A stretch of 64,000 nt of DNA from Macrostomum lignano (lineage: Eukaryota), in contig NIVC01001238.1 in assembly GCA_002269645.1 (NCBI GenBank), forward strand, positions 62,001-126,000, in the 5' to 3' direction. Under the pieces are notes generated by a model. The model saw only the letters and a list, made by a program, of their open reading frames with translations, did not search any database and was not told the DNA's origin. Both the position numbers and the translations under genes were made by a program. Of this stretch, positions 46,603 through 58,957 are shown piece by piece. Numbering within the stretch: the first letter of the stretch is position 1; every line of letters begins with the position of its first letter.

Positions 46603-47270
46603 TCCATTCTCCTCTTTCCTCTCCTCTCTCCTCACTCACTTCTCTACCTTTGTCTCTCCTCTCTCCTCTCGTCTCTGTAACCTCTCCTCTGTTCTCTCTA
46701 CTCTCCCATCTTTTATCTGTTCACTCTCGTATCTGCTCTCTCATCCCCTGGCATCTCTGTCTTATATGTTCTCTCACCTCTCCTCTATACTCTTTTCTTT
46801 CCCCTCTTTAGACTCCTCACTTTCCTTTCTCCTTTCTCCTTTTCTCTTCTCTTACCTTTTCTATACTCTGTCTCCCTCTCTTCTCTCACTCTACTCTCCT
46901 CTCTCCGTTATCTCTCATCTCTCATTTCTCATCTCTCCTTCCACCTCTCTCATCTCTACAACCTTAGAGATGTAGAGATGTATCTTTATCTCTTCTCTCT
47001 TCCGTTTACTCTCTCATCTCTTCTTTCACCTGTTTCCTCTCTGCTCTCCTCTCTGCTGTCTCCTCTCTCCTCTCACCTGCAGCTCTCTGCTCTTTCATCT
47101 CTACTCTCCTCTCGCTTTCCTCTCTCCCCTCTTCTCCCCCTCTCTCTCATCGTCCTCACCCCCTCATCTCTCCTATTATATTTTATCTTTTCTTTTATCC
47201 CTCTGTCGCCTCTCCTCTCTTCGAATCGTCTATTCCTTCTTCTTTCCACTTTCATCTGCCCCTCAGCTAT
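46080..47270. repeat. CT-rich low-complexity tract including a (CT)n core
   Basis: Near-pure pyrimidine composition. Confidence 0.93.
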
Positions 47271-48059
47271 GAGCTGGATTCTTTATCTGGCCTTTGAGGT
47301 AAAAGTCTGCCTATCTCTACTTGGAAAGCCAGTTTGTGGGACGTAGTACTCTCATGGTTGTTTTCATGCTTTGATCACGTCATCTTTCTTGCAAATTTGC
47401 AGCCTTGAAAGGAATTTGTGTATCTTCAGCTCCACTGCAGTCTGCATCAGTCTAACAACCAAGGAAATATGCATTTCTTAGGAGGCCATTTAATATTTAC
47501 ACAGTACCTTTAAAAGAAACCTAAAATTTCCATGGTGTGCCTAATTTAGTAGGGTTGTATTGCATTGCATCGCATTGCCTTTTCATAAATCTTTCGCTTT
47601 TACAAACCATGCTGGATAGTGGATTCCCTCGATTTGCCAATTGCCATCCACTGTTAAACTGCTGCAGAGTTTGCCAATACAGAGGGGAGGGCAGTGGTTA
47701 GAATTTCTCACTTAACTGTTATGGCTAAACGTAGCCTCTCTACTCTCGGGGTGCGAGATTGCGAGAAGACTATAAATAAAGTTATTTCAAAACACTACAT
47801 ACATTTGCTATGTACATTCAGTCCTATCGCCTGACCCTTTGTCTGGCTCTGGGGGAATGAGTGAGTGAGTGGCACAAACAACAGAAAAAGCAGACAAACT
47901 TCACATGCTTACAGTTTCTTTTTCGGTTGAGTTACAGAGTTGAAACTTTACATTTAGATAGAGAATGAGTCAATGAAGAATTGTGTCAAGTTTGAAGTCA
48001 ACTGCTTTACATGGAGCAAACTTATGGCAGCTGAAAGTTAGTCAATTTTGAAACCCTTT

Positions 48060-48488
48060 TACACATCTGGGCCCAGATTGGGAAAGAGAGGCAGGCGGGC
48101 GGAGGTTGGGGTGGTTGCTACGCTGAAAAAAACAGCCTAACTTTAAAAGTGCACAGCACCGCTCAGGATTAACTTCGAGACTCGAAATTTTACACGATTG
48201 TGCCAAAATAGTTCAAGATTGTCTGTGTCAAATTTGAAGAGAATCGGTAGAAGTGAAGCGGCACTATAGAGGATTTAGTGAAAAAATCGCGCATTTTGAG
48301 CAGTTTTTTGTACTTTTAGGTAGGAAGACTTGAGTCTAGGAAATTAAAAGGTAGCCTAAGACATTCTCCATAGTAAGTTTAGGGTGGGTGTAAAGTTTGG
48401 TGTCATTTGGTTGAGCGGTTTGGGAGTCCATAGCGATCAAAATTGTCCACAGACAGACACACAGAGTTTTGATTTTTATAGGTAGAGA
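48060..48488 (-). mobile_element. Possible non-autonomous Helitron-type (Lep1/HINE-like) element, 5' part
   Basis: The minus strand reads A|TCTCTACCTATAAAAATC..TGTGTCTGTCTGT..CCGCTCAACCAAATGACACCAAACTTT, which resembles the TC 5' terminus, TCTG repeat and body of small invertebrate Helitron derivatives. No CTAG 3' end was found. Confidence 0.4.
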
Positions 48489-49965
48489 TTTGGGATAAGA
48501 TTGAAATGCCAAACATTTCTAAGGCAATAGTAAGTTACATTTTAAATATTTTAAGTACAAGGCCTAATATAATAAGTTTGGCATAAAGTTATGATTTATT
48601 GAATAAGTTATAATTTAATTGATATTAGTCTATTAAATTATTATTTTATTAAGCATCTAAGATAAGCAACTTTGCAATTTCCTATTCTAAAATATTTATA
48701 TAAGTTACTTTGCCTTTTCTATTATTTTTTGATGCCAATATTAGTTATAATCATTTACTAATAATAGAGCTATAAATAGGAGTTTATATTAAGGCCTATA
48801 ACCTATTTTTATGTTTATATATATATATATTTATAATAGCTAACTAATAAATTTCTTACAACTTACAACTTTTATTTCAATAATATTAAATCTAATCATA
48901 TTAGACAATAATTGTTTAATTTATCAATCATTAATAATATATCATTGCTTTTTTATTTTATAAAAGCTTTAAAAATAAAAAATATTAAAGTCTATAAATT
49001 TTCTATTGCTTTACTTTTATTCATCAAATATATAGCTCTAATATTCCTTTTGAGTCTTAAGTTCTTAAAGAGATTGAGTGGATATTAAGCTTGTTTCTGT
49101 TTTTTAGCTTTTGATAAATATTTATAAACTCAATGACTATATATCTTCTATCTTTTTACACTATTGGATCTCTGACAGAGAAGTTGCAGAAGTCTATAGG
49201 TTCTATGTTTATAGATTAGTCAAATTTATAACTGATTTAAGCCATATAATTATGAACTTATTGATATTTCAAATACAACATAAATGACAGAAAATGGAAT
49301 TAGGCCTTGAAAAATCATGGTGCCAATTGGGTATCTGGGGTCCAAATTCAGGATGCCAACAATTAAAGTGAATGTGGCATGACATAGTTGGCACAAGAAA
49401 CCTAGCTATTATCTGTCCTATTCTATCTTATGAAAGGACTAGAAAAGAATATATTAGCAAAAAAGTTTTTTTCCAATGTACAACCCATACCCATTGGAAA
49501 TGGTGACTAGAATCACTAGAGTCATTGCAAACAACCATGCTTGGAAACAAACAACTCATTAGCAACTCTATGAAGACTCTTGTAATCCAACAAAGGCAAC
49601 TATTAAGTCACAAGCGCATCACATGAGTTGCAGAATCCTAAGAGTCTCAAAAAGTTGTACAAGCATTTTGTTGGCGCTTAACTTTCCACTAACTCAAGTA
49701 GACTTGAGTTTTTATAAGCGCAAAGTTCGATTCTAATTCATAAAGTGGTGCAGGTGTGCTTTAGAAGCAACTCAGTGATTCTACAGCAACTCTGGCATGC
49801 CTCAAATACAACTAGAAAACTAGAGTCACTTCTTTCCTATTTTACCTGTGTTATCTGCAGCAACTCTGGGACGCTATTTGGTCTAGGTACCGGGATCTGT
49901 GCACTACTTGTTCATCCTTTTACATTAGTAGTATAAACGCGCATTAATAGTCAGCATTGTGTTGC

Positions 49966-51959
49966 ATGGCTGCCCTGTCCAAATCCGGCGTCTTTATTGT
50001 CGCCGCTAAGCGAACGCCGTTCGGCGCATTCGGCGGCGCGCTCAAGGACCACTCGGCCACCGACTTGGCCGAGACGGCGGCCCGCGCCGCGCTAGAGGCC
50101 AGCGGCGCTCCGAAAGACACCATCGGCTCCGTGGTGTTCGGCAACGTCATCCAGAGCCACCGGGACACTGCCATGCTGTCGCGCCACGTGGCCGTCCGCC
50201 TCGGCCTGCCGATCTCAACGCCGGCTTTCAACGTCAACCGGCTGTGCGGCTCCGGCTTCCAGTCCGTGGTCAGCGCCACCAACGAGATTCTTCTGGGCGA
50301 CAGCGAAGTCTCCATCGCTGGCGGCTCGGAGAGCATGAGCGGCACCCCCTACGCAGTCTGGGGCGTCCGGTTTGGCACGAAGTTCGGCACCGACTACGAG
50401 TTGACGGACCTGCTGTGGCACGGCCTGATCGATAAGCAGATCAAAACTCCCATGGGCGTCACGGCCGAGAATCTGGCCGAGAAATTCCAGCTGACCAGGA
50501 AGGAGTGCGACGAGTTCGCCGTGGTCAGCCAGGACAGATGGCAGAAGGCCAACGCTGACGGCGCCTTCAAAGCCGAGATTGTGCCCATGCAGGTGCGAAT
50601 TCTTGGCCATTTGGGAAATGGGATCTATTCGAGCTAGATAGTAAATGGATTAAATCTGAGACTTGGGATTAGTGGTCTGGGAATTAGGATTAAGGGTCCT
50701 GGAATTGGGATTTGGGGTCTGGGAATTGGGATTAAGGGTCCTGGAATTGGGATTTGGGGTCTGGGAATTGGGATTAGCGGTCTGGGAATTTGGATTAGGG
50801 GTCTGGGAATTGGGATTAAGGGTCCTGGAATTGGGATTTGGGGTCTGGGAATTGGGATTAGCGGTCTGGGAATTTGGATTAGGGGTCTGGGAATTGGGAT
50901 TAAGGGTCCTGGAATTGGATTAGGGGTCTGGGAATTGGGATTAAGGGTCCTGGAATTGGGATTAGGGGTCTGGGAATTGGGATTAAGGGTCCTGTAATTA
51001 GGATTAGGGGTCTGGGAATTTGGATTAGGGGTCCTGGAATTGGGATTAAGGGTCCTGGAATTGGGATTAGGGGTCTGGGAATTGGGATTAAGGGTCCTGG
51101 AATTGGGATTAGGGGTCTGGGAATTTGGATTAGGGGTCTGGGAATTTGGATTAGGGGTCTGGGACTTGGGATTAAGGGTCCTGGAATTGGGATTTGGGTC
51201 TGGGAATTGGAATTGTGTCTGGGAATTGGGATTAGGGGTCTGGGAATTGGGATTAGGAGTCTGGGAATTCGGTCTAAGGTCTAACACTTGGTGTTAGGAA
51301 GATAGGACTTGGAGTTAGCAATACAGGTCTCATAATTAGGAATTTGGATTCAATTGATTTCCTATCCCCCATGCCCCCCCCCTACTCCCCAGGTCAAGGG
51401 CAAGAAGGGCCCCACAGAGTTCGCCGTAGACGAGCACCCGCGCGCGGCCACGGTAGAGACCATGGCCAAGCTGCCGCCCGTGTTCAAGAAGAACGGCGTT
51501 GTCCACGCCGGCAACGCGTCCGGCATCTGCGACGGAGCCGCCGCCCTGGTGCTGGCCTCCGAGGCGGCCCTGAAGCGGCACAGCCTGAAGCCGCTGGCTC
51601 GCCTAGTCGGCTATCATTTCGTTGGCTGCGACCCCAGCATCATGGGCATCGGGCCCGTGCCCGCGGTGCAGGGCCTGCTGGCCAAGACTGGCCGCAGCCT
51701 CGCCCAGGTCGACCTTGTCGAAGTCAACGAAGCCTTCGCGCCGCAGTACCTGGCCGTTGAGCGGCAGCTCAGCCTGGACCGCGCCATCACCAACGTCAAC
51801 GGCGGCGCCATCGCCCTCGGCCATCCGGTCGGCGCCAGCGGCAGCCGGATCATGGCGCACCTGGCTCACGAGCTGCACAGGCGCGACAAGAAGCTGGCAA
51901 TCGGTTCGGCTTGTATTGGAGGCGGTCAGGGCATCGCCATCATGATTGAGCGGTGCTGA
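49966..51959 (+). CDS. ACAA2: Mitochondrial 3-ketoacyl-CoA thiolase (397 aa, 2 exons)
   Basis: Exons 49966-50592 and 51393-51959 (GT-AG, phase 0). Motifs GVFIVAAKRTPFGAFGG, NRLCGSG (catalytic Cys), EVNEAFA, NGGAIALGHP and SACIGGGQG. Confidence 0.96.
50660..51270. repeat. G-rich ~21-bp minisatellite (GGGATTAAGGGTCCTGGAATT / GGATTAGGGGTCTGGGAATT)n in the ACAA2 intron
   Basis: Tandem periodicity; several units contain TTAGGG. Confidence 0.93.
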
Positions 51960-52084
51960 CAGTCTGATTAAAAACCTTGCTGATTGATTGATTGATTGAT
52001 TGCTTTTTAATTGTGTAACATCTTTTGGATTTCAATTGTTGACTATGAATCGATTTTTTCTATTTGATTTATTCGATTAGTAAT

Positions 52085-52345
52085 CGCATAGCAACGGGAG
52101 ATTTCAAGCACTTAGCAACCGCATAGCAACCGGATTAAGAGCCTAGCAACCGCACAGCAACCGGCTTAAGAGCCTAGCAACCGGATTAAGAGCCTAGCAA
52201 CCGCATAGCAACGGGCTTATGAGCCTAGCAACCGCACAGCAACCGGCTTAAGAGCCTAGCAACCGCATTGCAACCGGCTTAAGAGCCTAGCAACTAGCAA
52301 CCCCTGTCTCACACAACCGGCTTAAAAGCTAAGCAACCGCATAGC
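52085..52345. repeat. Tandem repeat built on the TAGCAACC core between ACAA2 and TOPBP1
   Basis: ~12 TAGCAAC copies plus variants in 11/20/31-bp units. Confidence 0.9.
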
Positions 52346-52870
52346 CTTGGGAAAGTATGAATTAAACTATAAAATGCTGTGAATCGGTCTACTTTTGCCA
52401 TTGCGCCTCTGTCAGTGATGTTATTATGTCAAAAAATTTTGTTCCTAGCTTTTAATTCACGTAGTTTTTGCCATCCTATTCATCCAATTTCCCATTCTGT
52501 TATTGTACGTTGAAACAGCATTAATTGCTTGATACATTTGACATCGCAATTTTCATGAACAATATGTAATTGAGCAAGTTTAAGTTACAAACGGTTGAAA
52601 GTCATTTTATTGCCCTTCGTGTTGGGCTTTGATTGCTATTCATAGTAATTATTAAGATTATAATAACCAACCTCTGCTTTCTTTTATTTATTGTCAGAAA
52701 ATAGTTCAGTTTACTATTTAGGCTACTATAAGTAAAAATGAAAGAATTTTACTTTAAAATTTGGTCAGTCAAAGTAAAAAAATAGCGCTTTAATTTTTCA
52801 CTTGCAGCTTTCTGACCAGAGCGAAGCCAAAGTGAATTCCAAGGCAGATACAACAGCGCGATCCAATCCG

Positions 52871-55800
52871 ATGGGCCTGTCCGGGAAGCAACAACAACAG
52901 CAGCAACAGAAACCGCCGTCATCGACTTCTTCGTCGGCAATGTCGACGGCTTCGTCGGCCGCGGCGGCCAGCCTAGGCACCGTGTACTTTGTTGAGCCAA
53001 CTGGCGGCAGTCGGCACGGCCTGCTGCGCGAGGCCTTCAGCCTGCTGGATGGGGAGCCCAGCTGCTCGGCCGTCTGGCTGCCGGAGGCTCAGGTGCCATC
53101 GGTGCTGGCCAAGCATCAGCAGCGGTCTGGCGGCTCCGGCCGGGCCTACTTCGTATTCGATGACTTCCAGGGCGCCGCCTACGAGAGAGCGGCGGCCGCG
53201 CCTGGCTGCCGGCTGTTCGGCGCCCAGCTGCTGCTGCAGTACCTGCGCGATGACTTGCCGCTGCCCAAGTGGGAGGTGCCGCTGTTCTCCGCCGCGCTCA
53301 AGGATTTGCAGGCAAGTTTTGTGGGGTGCGGCGAGCTCCATGTGAGGCTCTGATGATCTGCAGTTCGCGGCTCTGTATCTGGAGATTCTGTATCCGATAG
53401 AAGTGCGTGAAATGGTATTTAAGATAGTTCTGCAGTTGCTAGAGGCCCATACAGGCATTTTGCTCCGCAACGGGGAGGGGTAGAGGTATAAGCTGAATAA
53501 CTCCCAACTCCAATTGGTTAACTCCATCTCCATTAACCCCACTCCTCAACCGGCTGCTCCCCACTCCTCAACCTGCAACTCCCCACCCCTCAATCCAAAA
53601 CTCCCCACCCCTCATCCCGCAACTCCCCACCTCTCAATCCACAACTCCCCACCCCTCAACCCACAACTCCCCACCCCTCAACCCACAACTCCCCACCCCT
53701 CAACTTACAACTCCCCACCCCCTCAACCTGCTGCACCCCATCCTCAACCCGCAACTCCCCACCCCTCAACCCGCAACTCCCCGCCCCTCAACCTGCTGCA
53801 CCCCATCCTCAACCCACAACTCCCCACCCCCTCAACCTGCTGCACCCCATCCTCAACCCGCAACTCCCCACCCCTCAACCCACAACTCCCCACCCCTCAA
53901 CCCACAACTCCCCACCCCTCAACTTACAACTCCCCACCCCCTCAACCTGCTGCACCCCATCCTCAACCCGCAACTCCCCACCCCTCAACCCGCAACTCCC
54001 CGCCCCTCAACCTGCTGCACCCCATCCTCAACCCACAACTCCCCACCCCCTCAACCTGCTGCACCCCATCCTCAACCCGCAACTCCCCACCCCTCAACCC
54101 GCAACTCCCCGCCCCTCAACCTGCTGCACCCCATCCTCAACCCGCAACTCCCCGCCCCTCAACCTGCTGCACCCCACTCCTCAACCCGCAACACCCCACC
54201 CCTCAACTCGCGCAGATCTCCGTGTCGGGCATCGAGGACCGCGCCACCGTCAAGCGCAAGATCCGCATGCTGCACGGCAACTTCCAACCCGATTTAACTG
54301 ACGATGTCAACGTGCTCATAACTACCTGCACCAATTCGAAGAAGTACCTGGTTGCTAAGCAGTTCAACATTAAAGTGCTGCTGCCCGAATGGCTGGACGG
54401 CCTCCTGGCCTGGTCCCGCAGTCGCAGTGTCGTTGAGCCGTTCGGCCTGCCCGACTTCGCCCGCTACGTGGTGCCGCCATTTCACAATGTGACCGCCACC
54501 ACTACCAACTTTGAGCAGACCGAGAAGGACCTCATTCAACGGCTGGTGGTGAAAAACGGCGGCCGCTACACCGGCAACCTGGTGGTTGGCGAGTGCACCC
54601 ACCTCATCGTGGCCCGGCCAGTCGGTCAGAAGTACAACTACGCTCGGAATTGGAAAATCAACTGCGTCAGCCTGCAGTGGGTGGTGGACAGCGATCGCAA
54701 GCAGTGCTGCTTGGACATTGCCGACTATCTGGTGTCGGACGATGGCAAGAACCGCGCCGGCGCCAAGCCCGCCAACAGCTCCACGCCGGACAAGCAGCGG
54801 GTGCCGCTCAGCGGGAAGACCGCGCCCGATGTCAGCTGCCTGCTGGACCCGGACCGGTCCCGGGTCAACGAGACCGTGGCCAGCGTGCCCGGCGACCGCA
54901 GCGTCTGCTACCCGGTGTCCTCAACTGCCGCTTCAACAGCGTCCGCGCCGACTCCGCAGCCGCCTGTTTCGGCGGCATCCAGCGGCATCGACAAAGAGAA
55001 CAACTTCCGGATTCCAAATCCGCCGCAGCCTCAGCCGCTGGCTCCGCTGCGCGACCTGCGCCTGTTGATCGCCTGCTGCCGCGGTCAGCAAGCGGAGCTG
55101 CAGCGCCTGACATCCATGGCTCGCCAGCTTGGCGCCTCGCCAATCTCCGCCAGTTCGAATCAACGCGTTGTCGAAGCGGACGCAGGCCTGATCATCGAGC
55201 CGGATCAGCTGGAGGATTTACCGGCTGGGGTTCAGTGCGGCGTGCTGGTTGCCAAGCAGTGGCTGCTTGACTGCTCCGAGAAGCAGCAGCGCCTGCCGTT
55301 TGACGCCTACAAACTGCTTTGGCGGCAGCCGGCAGCGGCAGATGAGGCGCATGAAACTGGGGACAGCACCATGGGCCCCGGCGATGCTGCGCCTGCTGCT
55401 GCCGCCGCTCCACCGGCGTCCGACATGCTGGAGGAAAGCCTCAACATCCTGTGTGACTATGTCAGGGAAGAGGAGTCCCAGCTCAAGCAGCAGGAGCAGC
55501 AGGCTGCTGAGCAGGACGATGAAGAAGGAGATGAAACTGAACTGCCGCCGGTTCGCTCTGTGGTGGACAACAATTCCACAGCTGCCAATGTGCTGCCAGA
55601 GACTGAGGAGCCCGCTAACAGCTCCACAGCCGCCGACACGCAGAGCTTCCTGACTGGCCGTCGCGTCGGCATCCTCGGTCTGGAGCCGGCCGCCGCCGCG
55701 GTCGCCGCCCGCAGTGTTACCCGCCTTGGCGGCCAGGTCGCCTCCGCAGCCGCTGCCGAAGCTACTCAGCTGGACTTGGCCGTGCTGCCAGTTGTCTATC

Positions 55801-58800
55801 AGCGAGGCAGCGGCGGGGCCACCGAGGCCGGCCTGCTGTCAGCCGACGAGCTGGTGACCGACGCCTGGCTTGCCGACTGCATTGACGGCCCGGCCGTGAT
55901 GGTGGCGGACCCAGACTCGGAGCCTTGGTACCGGCCCTGCGTGCTGTCCGCCACAGCCTCCAAGCCGCTGGCCGGCGTGGTGCTCTGCGTCAGCGGCTTC
56001 GAGCTCCGCGATCGGGAGCGCGTGACCACCCTGGGCCGCGGCCTCGGCGCCATCGTCCAGGAGAACCTCAGCCGCGTCAGCAAGCCCGACCGCCAGCTGC
56101 GGGTCACCACTCACCTGGTGCTGGCGGCCAGCGGGGGCCACAAATACTCGGCCGCAATGGGCTGGGGCAGCGTGCACTGCGTCACCAAGCACTGGCTGGG
56201 CGAGTGCGGCCGTCAGGGCCGCCGACTACCCGAGGCTGAGTTCCACATCGACTCGCTGGCCGATTACGAGGAGCGAAAACGGCGCGAAGCTGCAGCCGCC
56301 GCCGCTTCGGCCATGTCGGCGACAATGTCCTCGGCTGCGGATACCCCAACGGCTACGGCTGTTGCCATGGTGACGTCGACGATGGCGTCCGACTGCGTTG
56401 TTCCGGCCAGTCAGCCGTCCCCGATGCAGCAGCGGCAGCCGGCGAATCCGCACCGGGCGGCCATGGATAGCCCGAGCGTGTTTCTCAACAGCGGCTATCG
56501 GCCGCGCTTTGACCTGCAGGCGCTGAGCGCCGCCCTGCGCAGCCCGGTGCCGGGGCCGCCGGCCGGCACGCCGGACTCGGTTCAGTACGCCCGCGCCAGG
56601 CGCAACATCCGCCAGACCTGCCGGGCGCAGGGCAAACGCGAGCTGCTCGTCCTGCTGCCGCCGCCGTCCTCAGCGGCTGCCATCGGCGGCTCAGCCAACT
56701 CCGCGGCCGCGACGGCCGCCGACGCTAACGGCGACTTCGCCACGCCGCAGACCCCGCAGCAGGCGGCCGGCTTGCTATCGGGCGTCACCGTCTACCTGTC
56801 CGCCCGCCTTGGCGCCCAGCGGTCCCGCCTGGCCCAGCTGGCCGAGTCTCTCGGCGCCAGGTCGCGCTGGCAGTGGGACCCGCGCACCTGCACCCACCTG
56901 GTTGCCGAGGGGCCGCCGTCTGATGATCCCGAGCTGCAGCGGGCGATGCAGCCGCAGCCGGCCGCCACTGCCTCGGCGCCTCCGCCCCGACTGGTCAGCC
57001 CGGCCTGGCTGCTGCAGTGCAAGCGGCTGCGACGCCGGCTTGACGAGCGCGACTATCCGCCTGCGTCCGCCTTATCTGCCGCTGCCGCCCAGCCTCACGG
57101 GCAGCATCATCATCATCACAAGCACCATCACCATCACCATCAAGCGCATCAGGCTCAGCAGCTGGAGAGGCGAGCCTCCCGCGCCAGCCTGCAGGAGCTG
57201 AGCAGCAAGCTCGACTGCTTTGGCAAAGGCGCCGACAACTCACCCGACGGCGTATCCGGCGACGTAGCCGGAGCCAACGTAAACGACATCGGCGGCGCAT
57301 CCGCTGGCACCGGCGGCGGCGGCGGTACCGCGCCGGACAGCCGGCTGGCCCAGAATCGAGCCCGCCAGCTGCTGGAATCCGAGCCGGACGAGTCCGCCGT
57401 CTGCGTCGGTGGCGGCAGCGGCAGCGGCTCCGACGCCCGAGCAGCCGGCAAGGCCGCCACTGTCGCTTCCTCCGTTGCCGCCAACGCCGCTGCCGCCGCT
57501 ACGGCCGCCGTGCGACCCAACGAGCCGCTGCTGGTGGGCTGGCGCTACACCGACTCGGACGGAGCCGCGGCGGCGCCGCAACCGCCGCCTCCACAGCAGT
57601 CCGCGCCGCCCGAGCCGCCGCGCCTCTTCCAAATCACCGGCTTCAGCGCTCAGGTAAAGTTTTGCATTCCTTTTTGATGGGTCACATCTTGAGGATATAA
57701 AAGCATTTATTTCTAGGAATCAAGTTGAGATTTGTTTTAATTAGAGTGACAAAATAGCGCGAACTGTTTTTTGTATTGTCTCAGTAAGAAAATTCACCAA
57801 AAAAGCGCTGTTATTATTATTTAAAAGGACATGATGTACGCATGAGCGGGATGCACGCTTGGCTCAACGCAATTGACATAACGTGCGCTATTATTGTTTG
57901 TAGCATTATTAGTGATTATTCTAACCCAGGGGTCAGCAAACTCCAGCCAGAGGGTCATATGTGACCCGCAAAGCCTCTCTATCCGGCCCTCAGGTCTTTC
58001 GAAACTTTACAATAGCAATCCGGCCTGCTTAAGGTTTTTGTCTTCTCAGCTCTCTTCTCTCTCCTCTTCTCTTCTCTCTCCTCTCTCTTCTCCCATTTCT
58101 TCTCTCTTTTCTATTGTCTCTCCTCTCTGGCCCTTGAGGTTACGGAGAAAAGTTTTCCGAACCCTGTATTAATTAACCAATAGCACACCAGTAAGGCCTC
58201 AAGCATAATGCCGCTCCGGCAGGACCGGGACCGCCTTGTCAGCCAGATTCGCGGCCTGGGCGGCTCACTGGTCTCGGTGGAGTCCGAGGACCCCAGCCAC
58301 CTGGTCTGCGGCCGCCTGCTGCGCAACGAGAAACTCCTCCGCTGCGTTGCCGCCGGCCGCTGGGTCCTCCGGCCTGCCTATGTTGAAGCCTCGGCCAAGG
58401 CCGGCCGCTGGCTGCCCGAGGAGCCGTACGAGTGGGGCGGCGGCGGCGCTGAATCTGCGGACGCCGAGACCCGCCTTCTGGCCGCCGCCTGCAGTCGGTG
58501 GCGCCAGCGTGGCGGGCGGGCCTTTCGCGACTGGCGCGCCGCCCTGCTGTGCCCGCCGGACAAGCTGGCCAGCTTCCGGCGCCTCCTGGAGGCCGGCGGT
58601 GGCCGAGTTGTGGCCGACGGGCCGCCCTATCCGGCCGCCGCCAGCGTCAGTCACGCCTTCTGCCAGCGCGGCAACTACGCCGGCTGCTCGGACACCCTGT
58701 CCGGCGCCGGCTCCCACCTGTCCTGGCTGAGAATCGACTTCATCGCCGCCCACCTGGTGGACGAGAAGCCGCCAGAGCCGGCCGCTTACCGGCTGCCGCA

Positions 58801-58957
58801 GGCGCGCAAGCGACAGCAGGTCGGCGGGCCGGCGGGCAGCAGCGGCGCAGCGGACGAGGACGACTTCAGCGACGCGACTTCGACCGCCTCCAGCGGCCGA
58901 GGCGGCGGCAGCGGCGGCGCGGCCACCAGATCTTCAAAGCGGATTCGGCGCCGCTAG
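52871..58957 (+). CDS. TOPBP1: DNA topoisomerase II-binding protein 1, multi-BRCT (~1537 aa, 3 exons)
   Basis: Exons 52871-53311 (GC donor), 54216-57653 and 58223-58957, all phase 0. Recognised: BRCT0, BRCT1/2 (PEWL; ECTHLIV..GQKYNYARNWKINCVSLQWVVDS), BRCT4/5 (PLAGVVLCVSGF..TTHLV..KYSAAMGWG..VTKHWL), BRCT6 and the C-terminal BRCT7/8 pair (RNEKLLRCVAAGRWVLRPAYVEAS). Confidence 0.92.
53525..54208. repeat. C-rich degenerate minisatellite (CCCCACCCCTCAACCCRCAACT)n in TOPBP1 intron 1
   Basis: Tandem periodicity with a ~180-bp higher-order duplication; it ends a few nt before the acceptor at 54215. Confidence 0.92.
57927..58166 (+). mobile_element. 240-bp hAT-like MITE in TOPBP1 intron 2
   Basis: Termini CAGGGGTCAGCAAAC and GTTTTCCGAACCCTG form imperfect inverted repeats of the CAGGG hAT/Charlie type. 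It holds about one copy of the 36-bp unit and a short CT tract. No exact TSD. Confidence 0.7.

Noticed and set aside
45963-47346. Hydrophobic membrane-protein-like ORFs (282, 194 and 122 aa)
   Set aside because: These are Leu/Ser/Phe-rich translations of a CT low-complexity tract; the same applies to 30980..32275 and 22521..23939.
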